Shown here piece by piece: positions 29,331 through 38,812 of a stretch of DNA of 62,967 bases. The stretch lies in NCBI GenBank assembly GCA_029287875.1, contig JARFQH010000087.1:1-62967 (forward strand). The letters run 5' to 3'. The position numbers and the translations under genes are program-made. The notes below the pieces were generated by a model that was not told where the DNA came from, made no database searches, and was given only the letters and a program-made list of their open reading frames with translations. The first letter of the stretch is position 1. Every line of letters begins with the position of its first letter. This DNA is from Desulfobacteraceae bacterium. Lineage in GTDB: Bacteria; Desulfobacterota; Desulfobacteria; Desulfobacterales; SG8-13.

Positions 29331-29402
29331 GGCTGCGCATCACGGGGAATCCAGCATCAATTCTGGACGCAGAAAACAGTTGCCATAAAAAAAGACGCCT
29401 TA

Positions 29403-30515
29403 ATGGATCAACACACCTCCAACATTCTCGAAAGTCCGGAATATCTGCGCATGAGTCTGGCTGCGGCCATGACCTTAGGTTTTAAGCCGGGCGTCTTTTA
29501 TAGAAACGCCAGACTATATTGCATCAACCTGTTGCTGACATACCGGGGCGGCTGTGCGGCACGTTGTGCATACTGCGGCCTGTCCAATAGCCGCTCCGGA
29601 AAATATCAGGAAAAGAGCTTTATCCGTGTGACCTGGCCCACCTACCCGACGGCCGAGGTCATCGAAGGGATAGCCGAGCGGCAGCACCGTGTGAAACGGG
29701 TCTGCATCTCCCAGATTACCAACAGGCGCGCGGTCGGAGACACCTTAACGATTTGCCGGCAACTGCGATCCAGTTTCGACATTCCCGTATCCCTGCTAAT
29801 TTCCCCAACCATCGTCAACCAGCGCGATTTGATGGACTTTAAAACCGCTGGAGCCGATAAAATCGGCGTGGCAATCGATCTGGCCACCCCGACCCTGTTC
29901 GACCGATATCGCGGCAGCGGAGTCGACGGACCGCATTGCTGGGACATTTACATGAATCGCTTGGCCGAAGCCATCAAGATCTTCGGGACGCGTAATGCCG
30001 GCTCCCATTTCCTTACGGGAATGGGGGAAACCGAAAAGCAGATGGTGGACATCATCCAAAAGATTCAGGACATGGGGGGCTGGACCCACCTTTTCTCTTT
30101 TTGTCCCGAACCCGGCTCACAGATGGTCGATCATCCCATGCCGGCCATGGATCACTACCGCAGGATTCAGCTTGCTCGATATCTTATCGATAAAAACCTC
30201 AGTCATGCCAAGTTTTTTGTCTATGATAAGAAACAAAAGATTATCGATTTTGGTTTACCGGCGGGCAAACTCGATGCGGTGATCTCGTCCGGCGAACCCT
30301 TTAGAACCAGTGGGTGCGAAGGCTATGACGGTCAGGTCGCCTGCAATCGCCCATTTGCCAATTCAAGACCCGGTCCCGAGATGCGTAACTATCCTTTTCC
30401 ACCGACACAAGCCGATATTGAATTGATTCGCAAACAGTTGCATTTGAAGCCTGTTCGCCCTGAAATGAGTCACCCTCTAAACAGACAGGGCGGAAACTCA
30501 GAAGTTATAAATTGA
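29403..30515 (+). CDS. Radical SAM protein, biotin-synthase-like, LipS1/LipS2-type
   Basis: 370 aa with a CX3CX2C motif (CAARCAYC). It is the second radical SAM gene of the cluster. Confidence 0.7.
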   Translation: MDQHTSNILESPEYLRMSLAAAMTLGFKPGVFYRNARLYCINLLLTYRGGCAARCAYCGLSNSRSGKYQEKSFIRVTWPTYPTAEVIEGIAERQHRVKRVCISQITNRRAVGDTLTICRQLRSSFDIPVSLLISPTIVNQRDLMDFKTAGADKIGVAIDLATPTLFDRYRGSGVDGPHCWDIYMNRLAEAIKIFGTRNAGSHFLTGMGETEKQMVDIIQKIQDMGGWTHLFSFCPEPGSQMVDHPMPAMDHYRRIQLARYLIDKNLSHAKFFVYDKKQKIIDFGLPAGKLDAVISSGEPFRTSGCEGYDGQVACNRPFANSRPGPEMRNYPFPPTQADIELIRKQLHLKPVRPEMSHPLNRQGGNSEVIN

Positions 30516-30564
30516 AATTGAAAGATTGATGAACAAAATTTAAAACTAGTAGGAAGTGGTTAAT

Positions 30565-31275
30565 ATGCCGAAAACAGAAGTGTTTGATAAATATTACAAG
30601 GATTACGACAGCTGGTTTTTTAAGCACGAATTGGCATATAAGGCGGAAATAAATCTAATCAAAAGACTGATTCCAAAGGGAAAGGGAATGGAAGTTGGCG
30701 TCGGGACAGGGAAATTTGCCATCCCGTTTGGCATAAAAGACGGCGTTGAGCCATCTGATAAGATGGGTGAAATTGCTGAAGAAAAAGGCATAAGAGTTGT
30801 TAAAGGTGTTGCGGAATATCTTCCATATAATGACAATATTTTTGATTTTGTTTTGCTTGTTACCACAATCTGTTTTGTAGATGATCCTTTGAAAACATTA
30901 AAAGAAGCACGAAGAGTCATTAAACCAGATGGGTATATAATAATAGGATTTGTGGATAGAGAAAGCATGATCGGTCAAGAATATGAAAAATATAAAGATA
31001 AGAGTAAATTTTACAGTCCCGCCATATTTTATTCATCAAAACAGATAGAGGATTTTCTTGAAAAATCAGGCTTTATCCAGATAGAATCCTATCAAACGCT
31101 CTTCCATCCGCTCAATAAGATAAAAGAGATTGAACCGGTTACAAAAGGTTATGGAAAAGGAGCATTTATCGGAATGAGGGGAAAAAAGAGATCTGGGCTC
31201 GCCAAGTTAAGCCACTTACATAAAATAGAAAAAGAAGAAAAGATTGATAATAATGTCTTAGCCGATCAGTTTTGA
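30565..31275 (+). CDS. Class I SAM-dependent methyltransferase
   Basis: Track ORF 30556..31275, with the ATG at 30565 9 nt after AGGAAG. SAM-binding motif I is MEVGVGTGKF. The stretch is visibly AT-richer than the flanking genes. Confidence 0.8.
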   Translation: MPKTEVFDKYYKDYDSWFFKHELAYKAEINLIKRLIPKGKGMEVGVGTGKFAIPFGIKDGVEPSDKMGEIAEEKGIRVVKGVAEYLPYNDNIFDFVLLVTTICFVDDPLKTLKEARRVIKPDGYIIIGFVDRESMIGQEYEKYKDKSKFYSPAIFYSSKQIEDFLEKSGFIQIESYQTLFHPLNKIKEIEPVTKGYGKGAFIGMRGKKRSGLAKLSHLHKIEKEEKIDNNVLADQF

Positions 31276-31309
31276 GACCAAAATCGACATTCTAAGCGAA
31301 TTATCGGCA

Positions 31310-31435
31310 ATGGCGCGAGCAAACAGACATTTCAGTCCGGGGCAATGCTGGCATCTGACCCACCGATGCCGTGAGCAAGGGTTTCTACTGAATCTTTCCA
31401 AAGACATCATGTTGTATTTACGTCACACTTGACAC
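31310..31435 (+). pseudogene. N-terminal stub of an IS200/RAYT-like (Y1) transposase
   Basis: The 41-codon ORF MARANRHFSPGQCWHLTHRCREQGFLLNLSKDIMLYLRHT* matches the characteristic N-terminus of COG1943-type transposases (R..R.f.PG..wH.T.RC....FLL). It stops long before the HUH and Tyr motifs. Confidence 0.4.
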
Positions 31436-31565
31436 ACAAATAACGCTTTGAAATACTCATTTTATTGATATGCGATTTTCTATCTGTTATGAACTACTAA
31501 ACCGGCAGCCAGAATCCGCCGTTCAGGTTTCACTGACCTGCGACGGCTCGCTAAAGTGAGGCAAG

Positions 31566-31955
31566 ATGAGGAGCAAAGAAACTTATGCGGTCGCTGTTCG
31601 ACGTGAATTCGCCGCTCTGCACTACCTGATCGGCGGCGACTGGGGCGCGGAAAATGAACTCCACGAGCACCACTACCTTGTGGAAATCCGTCTCGAAGGC
31701 ACTCAATTGGATCGGCACGGTTACCTGATCGACATCGATGTCGTTACGGCCGCCCTTGAAGGACAGGTCGATCGCTACCGGGGCCAGACGCTCAATTCCC
31801 TGCCCGAATTCGCCGGTCTCAATCCGAGCCTGGAGCACCTGGCCCGGATTATGGGCATGTCGCTGGCCACAACCATCGATACTCACCTACAGGTCCTCAC
31901 GGTCAGAATCTGGGAAAACGAATTCGCCTGGGCCGAATATCGAAAAGAGTTCTGA
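31566..31955 (+). CDS. 6-pyruvoyl-tetrahydropterin synthase / QueD-like protein
   Basis: 129 aa. PTPS-family pattern (FAALHYL...ELHEHHYLVEIRLEG..LDRHGYLIDIDV...VRIWENEFAWAEY). Confidence 0.7.
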   Translation: MRSKETYAVAVRREFAALHYLIGGDWGAENELHEHHYLVEIRLEGTQLDRHGYLIDIDVVTAALEGQVDRYRGQTLNSLPEFAGLNPSLEHLARIMGMSLATTIDTHLQVLTVRIWENEFAWAEYRKEF

Positions 31956-31956
31956 T

Positions 31957-32512
31957 GCGGGTTGGACTGGTAATCACCGGCGATTTGAAAACCCTGACCA
32001 GGTCCCTTGGCCTTCCACGATTTCAGCATCGATGAATCCTATTGCCAATTGCCGCAAACCGATGACTGGCCGACCACATTACGACTTCTCGTTGGCCGGC
32101 ATCCGTGCTATCCACAGCCAGAAAAATACCTGACTTATCGACCAACCGGCACCACCCCTCTACCGACAGACGCCCGTAACAAGGCAGTGCCCATCCACGG
32201 TTCTATTAAAAGGATTGATCAGTTTCCGATCCAGAATTGGCTATTGGGCCGTGAGCCGCACCTGTCGGTCACTCTTGCCATCCTTTCCTCCATAACCAGA
32301 TTGGGTGCACTGTTTACTTCATCGACAACGTATCGGAATCGATTCATTTGTGGGACACCATCGCGAATCAGGCCTACTGCAAAAAAGATCGTGGCGTCAT
32401 TTTGGCGCATGGCATAATGGTTTTGGACGGCTGCATCGACAAGCCTGAGGTTGAGCGCGACCGAAGGGATATCGAAGAGCGGTATGAAGCCGTTGTCAAG
32501 GCATGCCAATGA
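31957..32512 (+). pseudogene. Decayed coding stretch (multiple frames, no intact ORF)
   Basis: ATG at 31957 gives MRVGLVITGDL..., then a stop after 26 codons. A different frame, open from 32255 to the stop at 32510-32512, reads like a genuine protein C-terminus (…VYFIDNVSESIHLWDTIANQAYCKKDRGVILAHGIMVLDGCIDKPEVERDRRDIEERYEAVVKACQ*) but has no start codon. The family was not identified. Confidence 0.3.
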
Positions 32513-32540
32513 AAATTATGCCCGCTCATCGTGAAAATCC

Positions 32541-32575
32541 ACAAAAAATGGGGCTAAAGCCGAAGCTTTAGCCCC
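32541..32575 (-). terminator. Rho-independent terminator after the glycerol ABC operon
   Basis: Perfect 11-bp stem GGGGCTAAAGC-cgaa-GCTTTAGCCCC (32550-32575). On the minus strand it is followed by a UUUUUU tract (complement of 32543-32548). It lies 37 nt past the binding-protein stop. Confidence 0.75.
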
Positions 32576-32611
32576 TTAATGATCTCTTGGCTTTTTCGAA
32601 CAGAGGTGCAG

Positions 32612-34345
32612 TTATTTCACGCGCCCCTCGCGCCAGGCCTTGATCAGATCGTCGTAGTTGACCGTCTCGCCTTTCGGCTTCTCGTTGGCCAGCTTCGCCT
32701 TGGGGGCGCCGGGCTGGTTCAGCCAGTAGGCTTCGTCCTTTTCGGGGTTCAGTTTCGGTCCGCACTCGCCCTGGGTCTTCGAACGGGCGATGCGCTCCAT
32801 CACCCTGTCCATCTCTTTAGCCAGATTGTCCATGGCCGTGTCCACGGACACTTCACCGGAAACCGCCTCGCCGATATTCTGCCACCACAGCTGGGCCAGC
32901 TTCGGATAATCGGGTACGTTGGTGCCCGTCGGCGTCCAGGCCACGCGGGCCGGGCTGCGGTAGAATTCCACCAGACCGCCGAGCTTAGGCGCCCGTTCGG
33001 TAAAGGACTTGTCCCGAATATCGCTGTCGCGGACGGGTGTCAGACCGACGTGAGCCTTTTTCAGGGAGGTCGTTTTTGCCACGCAGAACTGCGCAAAGAG
33101 CCAGGCGGCCTTGCGGCGCTCGAGCGGCGTGCTTTTCATGAACGTCCAGGAGCCGCAATCTTGATAGCCCAGTTTCATGCCTTCTTCCCAGTACGGGCCA
33201 TGAGGCGAGGGGGCCATGCGCCATTTGGGGGTGCCGTCCGCATTGACCGTGGGCCCCGGTTCGACCATGCTGGGAAGAAAGGCGGTATACCAGAAGATCT
33301 GCTGGGCCACACTGCCGTTGGCCAGAAAGGGCAGGTAGGTATAAAAATCCATGCCCAGACTGCCCGGGGGAGCGTATTTTCGTAACCACTCCATATATTT
33401 ACGAAGGGAATACTTGGCCGCCGGGCCGTTGGCGGCCCCGCCGCGGGCCACGGTTGCGCCCACCGGACGGCACCCTTCCACGCGAATGCCCCATTCGTCC
33501 ACCGGCTTGCCATTGGGAAGCCCCTTGTCGCCGGCACCGGCCATGGACAACCAGGCATCGGTAAAGCGCCAGCCCAAATCGGGGGATTTCTTGCCGTAGT
33601 CGTTATGTCCGAAAATGGCCTTACCGTCGATTTCGCGGACATGTTCGGTGAAAAACTCGGCGATATCCTCATAGGCCGACCAGTTGACCGGCACGCCCAG
33701 TTCATAGCCGTAAAGCTCCTTGAACTTTTTCTTGAAGTCCGGGCGGCTGAACCAGTCGTAGCGGAACCAGTAGAGGTTGGCGAACTGCTGATCCGGCAGT
33801 TGATAGAGCTTACCGTCCGGTCCCGTGGTGAAGGATTTGCCCATGAAGTCGTCTACATCCAGGGTCGGCAGGGTCACATCCTTGCCTTCACCGGCCATGA
33901 AGTCCGACAAGGGCACGACATACCCATAGCGGGCGTGGGTGCCGATCAGATCGGAATCGTTGATCCAGCCGTCATAGATGTTTTCGCCCGACGCCCACTG
34001 CGTTTGCAACTTTTCGATCACGTCACCTTCCTGGATCAGGTCGAATGAAACCTGGATGCCGGTGATCTCTTCGAAGGCCTTGGCCAGGACCTTGGCCTCG
34101 TACTCGTGGGTCGCGATGGTCTCGGAGACGACCTTGATGTTCATGCCTTTAAATGGCTTGGCGGCATTGATAAACCACTCCATCTCCTTGAGCTGTTCCT
34201 GCTTGGTCAGGGTCGAGGGCTGGAACTCTTGGTCGACCCATTTCTTGGCGGCCGCCATGTCCGCCATGGCCGGAGCTGCCGCTACGGCCAGCATGACCGT
34301 CACTGCAACGCAAAGAAACATCGTTTTTTGCACTTTCACGTTCAT
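32612..34345 (-). CDS. ABC transporter periplasmic substrate-binding protein (large, ~577 aa; glycerol-transporter type)
   Basis: Track ORF 32612..34534 trimmed to the ATG at 34345 after GGAGGAG. Signal peptide MNVKVQKTMFLCVAVTVMLAVAAAPAMA. It is the last gene of the ATPase-ATPase-permease-permease-DUF2160-SBP operon, next to glpR/glpAB/glpK. Confidence 0.85.
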   Translation of the reverse strand: MNVKVQKTMFLCVAVTVMLAVAAAPAMADMAAAKKWVDQEFQPSTLTKQEQLKEMEWFINAAKPFKGMNIKVVSETIATHEYEAKVLAKAFEEITGIQVSFDLIQEGDVIEKLQTQWASGENIYDGWINDSDLIGTHARYGYVVPLSDFMAGEGKDVTLPTLDVDDFMGKSFTTGPDGKLYQLPDQQFANLYWFRYDWFSRPDFKKKFKELYGYELGVPVNWSAYEDIAEFFTEHVREIDGKAIFGHNDYGKKSPDLGWRFTDAWLSMAGAGDKGLPNGKPVDEWGIRVEGCRPVGATVARGGAANGPAAKYSLRKYMEWLRKYAPPGSLGMDFYTYLPFLANGSVAQQIFWYTAFLPSMVEPGPTVNADGTPKWRMAPSPHGPYWEEGMKLGYQDCGSWTFMKSTPLERRKAAWLFAQFCVAKTTSLKKAHVGLTPVRDSDIRDKSFTERAPKLGGLVEFYRSPARVAWTPTGTNVPDYPKLAQLWWQNIGEAVSGEVSVDTAMDNLAKEMDRVMERIARSKTQGECGPKLNPEKDEAYWLNQPGAPKAKLANEKPKGETVNYDDLIKAWREGRVK

Positions 34346-34508
34346 GGTCTCCTCCTTTTCGCCTTCAGGGATAGGGTGGGTCGCCCGGACGGCATCGCGG
34401 ACGTGAAGGCTGAGCGCCCGACGATGACAACCCGTCCTTTTTGTAACCATTTGGAATCCAAGGTGGTGCGTATGGTGGTTTTCCGACAGCTTGCCGGCGG
34501 CTTTTTCT

Positions 34509-34787
34509 TCACCCCCAGCGCATGACGACAACAATCCATGCCAATGAAACGGGAAGAGCGAACCACAGATTCACATCGGTCAATCCGAGCCAGGCCAAAT
34601 GGATATAGGCGCTGCCCAGCAAGCCGACAAAAAATCGCGTGCCCCTGGTGGTGGGGATCTTTAAGAATCCGCGACGTTCGACGGTCGGTGACACCAGTTC
34701 CCAGACGAGCATGCCGCAGATCATCAGAAAGATGGTGATAAAAAATATCGCCGTCGGCACGGTCCAGTACATCCATTCGAAACTCAT
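34509..34787 (-). CDS. Small integral membrane protein, DUF2160-like
   Basis: 92 aa with 2-3 TM helices (MSFEWMYWTVPTAIFFITIFLMICGMLVW...). Its position between the permease and binding-protein genes matches the glpU-type gene of glycerol ABC operons as I recall them. Confidence 0.65.
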   Translation of the reverse strand: MSFEWMYWTVPTAIFFITIFLMICGMLVWELVSPTVERRGFLKIPTTRGTRFFVGLLGSAYIHLAWLGLTDVNLWFALPVSLAWIVVVMRWG

Positions 34788-34844
34788 GCTGATGCCCTAT
34801 TTTGCCTTATTCTGCTTGGGTTCATGACGTTTTTCTTCGCTCCA

Positions 34845-35644
<800 letters not shown>

Positions 35645-35648
<4 letters not shown>

Positions 35649-36529
35649 ACGGACTTTTCTCCTTTGCCGACATTCAGGAGTGCCTGGTAGAAGATAAAGC
35701 TGAACAGCAGGACGATGAGAAAGTAGATCAGCGAAAAAGCCGCCGCCGGACCCAGGTCGAACTGCCCGGTGGCCAGTTTGACCAGATAAATGGACAGAAA
35801 GGTGGTCGAGTTCCCCGGTCCCCCGCCGGTCAGCGCAAAGGGTTCGGCATAGATCAGAAAGCTGTCCATCCATCTGAGCAGAACCGCGATCGTGAGCACG
35901 CCGCGCATTTTGGGCAGCTGGATATAGCGAAAGACCGCCCAGGACGAGGCGCCGTCAATTCTGGCGGCCTGGTAATAAGCCTCCGGGATAGCGCGCAGCC
36001 CTGCGTAACACAGCAGCGCCACCAGTGGGGTCCAATGCCAAACTTCCATGGCCATCAGGGTGACCCAGGCGTAGGAAGGCCGGGCGGTGTGGTCGAAGGG
36101 GACATCGAGAAGATCCAGACTGTTGATCCCGACGCCGAACAGCCCGATATCCGGCCGGGTAAAGATGATCCAGATCGTGCCGATCACATTCCATGGAATC
36201 AACAGGGGGATGGCCAGCGTCACCAGGCTGGCGGAGGCTTTCCAGCCCTTTTTGGGCATGGCCAAGGCGATGAGGATGCCAAGGGGGATTTCGATCAGCA
36301 GAACCAGGCCCGAAAAAATAAACTGACGGCCCAGCGCATCGTGCAGGCGCTTGTCGGTCAACATCTCCTTGAACCACTCCATGCCCACGAACACGGCATT
36401 TCCCGGACCGAAGATGTCCTGGATCGAGTAGTTGACCACAGTCATCAGAGGTATGATGGCGCTGAAGGCAACGATGACGAAAACCGGTAGAACCAGAAAC
36501 CAGGCCCGGTTGTTTTCCCATTTTTCCAT
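35645..36529 (-). CDS. ABC transporter permease (carbohydrate uptake type)
   Basis: Track ORF 35645..36547. The ATG at 36529 (MEKWENNRAWFLVLPV) is preferred because AGGAG lies 8 nt upstream. It has an EAA loop (YYQAARIDGASSWAVFRYIQLP). Confidence 0.88.
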
Positions 36530-36539
36530 AACGACGCTC

Positions 36540-37628
36540 CTATTCACTCACCAGCCGGTCATCGGCAAACAGCTTGGTCCAATGCGGCGGGAACCGCAGC
36601 CAGACGTCGGTTTGGGTAACGCTGTGATCTTCAGGCAGCCGGGCACGCAGCGTGTGGCCGGCCAGCTTGACCGTGAGGATTTTAAAGCTTCCCTGGTCTT
36701 CCATCGTATAGACCCGTGCCGGCACGCCACCGGCCACCGTTTCGGCGTGCACCTCTAAACCCATCGGCCGTATTCCCAGCTCCAGCCGGCCCCGCGCTTT
36801 TTGTCCCATCGCAGCCATCTTGTCGTCCAGCGGGATGCCGACACCATCCACCCGTGCCATATTTCCATCCAGTGTGCAGGGTAAAAAGTTCATTCCGGGG
36901 CTGCCGATGAAATATCCGACGAACTTATGCTGCGGGTTTTCGAAAAGCTCCTGCGGGGTGCCGATTTGAACCAGTTCGCCTTCATACATGACCAGGACTT
37001 GTTCGGCAAAGGTCAGGGCTTCCACCTGGTCGTGAGTGACGTAAATCATGGTCAGCTTCAGTTGTTCATGGATCTCTTTGAGCTTGCGCCTCAGGTCCCA
37101 CTTCAATTGCGGGTCGATAACCGTCAACGGTTCATCGAAAAGAATGGCGGCAACATCGCTTCTGACCAACCCGCGGCCCAGGGAGATCTTCTGTTTGGCA
37201 TCGGCGGCCAGTCCGGCGGCTTTTTTCTTGAGGAAAGGCGTCAGATCGAGTATTTCGGCGACTTCGAGCACGCGCCGTTTGACTTCGTCGGGCGCCACCC
37301 GTCGATTTCGCAAAGGAAAAGCCAGATTGTCGAAAACACTCATGGTGTCGTAAAGAACGGGAAACTGGAAAACCTGGGCGATGTTGCGCTTTTCCGGCGG
37401 TAGATCCGTGACGTCCTGGCCGTCATAGAGCACGCGTCCCTTGCTGGGCGTCAACAGCCCGGAAATAACGTTCAGCAATGTCGTCTTGCCGCAGCCCGAT
37501 GGGCCCAGTAAAGCATAGGCACCCCCGTCATCCCAGGTGTTGTGGATGCGTTTCAGGGCATAGTCGGATTCTTGTTCGGGCTGGGCGACGTAGCTGTGGG
37601 CAATCTCCTGCATGTCGATTCGGGCCAT
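36540..37628 (-). CDS. ABC transporter ATP-binding protein (MalK/UgpC-like)
   Basis: Track ORF 36540..37841 trimmed to the ATG at 37628 after AGGAG. Walker A is GPSGCGKTT, the signature-like sequence is ISLGRG, and Walker B is ILFDEP. Confidence 0.9.
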   Translation of the reverse strand: MARIDMQEIAHSYVAQPEQESDYALKRIHNTWDDGGAYALLGPSGCGKTTLLNVISGLLTPSKGRVLYDGQDVTDLPPEKRNIAQVFQFPVLYDTMSVFDNLAFPLRNRRVAPDEVKRRVLEVAEILDLTPFLKKKAAGLAADAKQKISLGRGLVRSDVAAILFDEPLTVIDPQLKWDLRRKLKEIHEQLKLTMIYVTHDQVEALTFAEQVLVMYEGELVQIGTPQELFENPQHKFVGYFIGSPGMNFLPCTLDGNMARVDGVGIPLDDKMAAMGQKARGRLELGIRPMGLEVHAETVAGGVPARVYTMEDQGSFKILTVKLAGHTLRARLPEDHSVTQTDVWLRFPPHWTKLFADDRLVSE

Positions 37629-37683
37629 ATCGGACTCCTGTTGCCGCTGTCGCAGACGGCATCTTTCGGCCTGTTCCGGACGA

Positions 37684-38778
37684 TCACTGTCGATTCGACG
37701 GGCTTCTGACCGGGCAGGCGACCAGTTTACCCGCGTCATCATAGACGAACAAGTTGGTGGGATCGACATAGATGGCGATTTCTTTGCCGATCTTGCGGCT
37801 GTGAATACCGGTTTCCTGGACCACCAGCGGGGTGCCGGCATGACGGACGTGGATAAAGGTTTCGGACCCGTTGATCTCCGACAGTTCGACGGCGGCTCTA
37901 ATTTCGATATCCTGATTTCCGGTTTTTGAGAGAAAAAGATGATGCGCCCGCACGCCGAATTGGTAGCTGCCCTCCGACAGTCCTTGCATGTGACCTGTCA
38001 AGGGCACCCGAACATCCCGACCCGCCTCGGCCACATTCCCCTGCACCCTGGCGCTGATGTAGTTAATGGGAGGGTCACTGAAAACCTCCGCAACCCGCAG
38101 TGTTGACGGACAATGATACACTTCGGCAGTCGCCCCGTTCTGAAGGATGCGACCTTCATCCATTACGACGATGTTGCCGCCCAGCAGTAATGCTTCGGCC
38201 GGCTCCGTGGTCGTGTAGACGACAATGGCTTCACGCTGTTTAAAAATATCCTGAAGCTCTTCCCGCAGTTCCTCGCGCAATTTATAATCCAAGTTGACCA
38301 GGGGTTCATCCAGCAGCAGAAGATCGGTATTTTTTACCAGGGACCGGGCGATGGCGATGCGCTGCTGCTGGCCGCCGGAAAGCTCGGCCGGCAGGCGGTC
38401 GAGTAAATCATCGATCCTGAGCATGGCAGCGGTATCGCGAACGCGCCGGTCGATCTCTTTTTTATCCATGCCGGCCAGTCTTAAAGGCGAGGCGATATTT
38501 TTATAGACATTTAAAGAAGGGTAATTGATGAATTGCTGGTAGACCATGGCGACGTTGCGCTTGCGGACGGAAGTGCCGGTAACATCCTGTCCATTCACCA
38601 GCACCCGGCCCCGGGTCGGTCGATCGAGACCGGCCATAATCCGAAGCAGGGAGGTCTTGCCGGCCAGCGTGCGGCCTAAAATGATATTGCGGGATCCGGG
38701 CGCGAGTTCGAGGTCGATGGCCTTGAGGTGGGTTTCGCGGCCAACAATCTTATCGATCTTTTCAAGGGATAAGGCCAT
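37684..38778 (-). CDS. ABC transporter ATP-binding protein (MalK/UgpC-like, degenerate Walker A)
   Basis: 364 aa. The Walker A-like sequence GRTLAGKTS is atypical. The signature is LSGGQQQR and Walker B is LLLDEP. It is the first gene of the operon. Confidence 0.88.
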   Translation of the reverse strand: MALSLEKIDKIVGRETHLKAIDLELAPGSRNIILGRTLAGKTSLLRIMAGLDRPTRGRVLVNGQDVTGTSVRKRNVAMVYQQFINYPSLNVYKNIASPLRLAGMDKKEIDRRVRDTAAMLRIDDLLDRLPAELSGGQQQRIAIARSLVKNTDLLLLDEPLVNLDYKLREELREELQDIFKQREAIVVYTTTEPAEALLLGGNIVVMDEGRILQNGATAEVYHCPSTLRVAEVFSDPPINYISARVQGNVAEAGRDVRVPLTGHMQGLSEGSYQFGVRAHHLFLSKTGNQDIEIRAAVELSEINGSETFIHVRHAGTPLVVQETGIHSRKIGKEIAIYVDPTNLFVYDDAGKLVACPVRSPSNRQ

Positions 38779-38812
38779 GAGCTGTCTCCCGGCAATCTAT
38801 AGGCTTTAGGGT

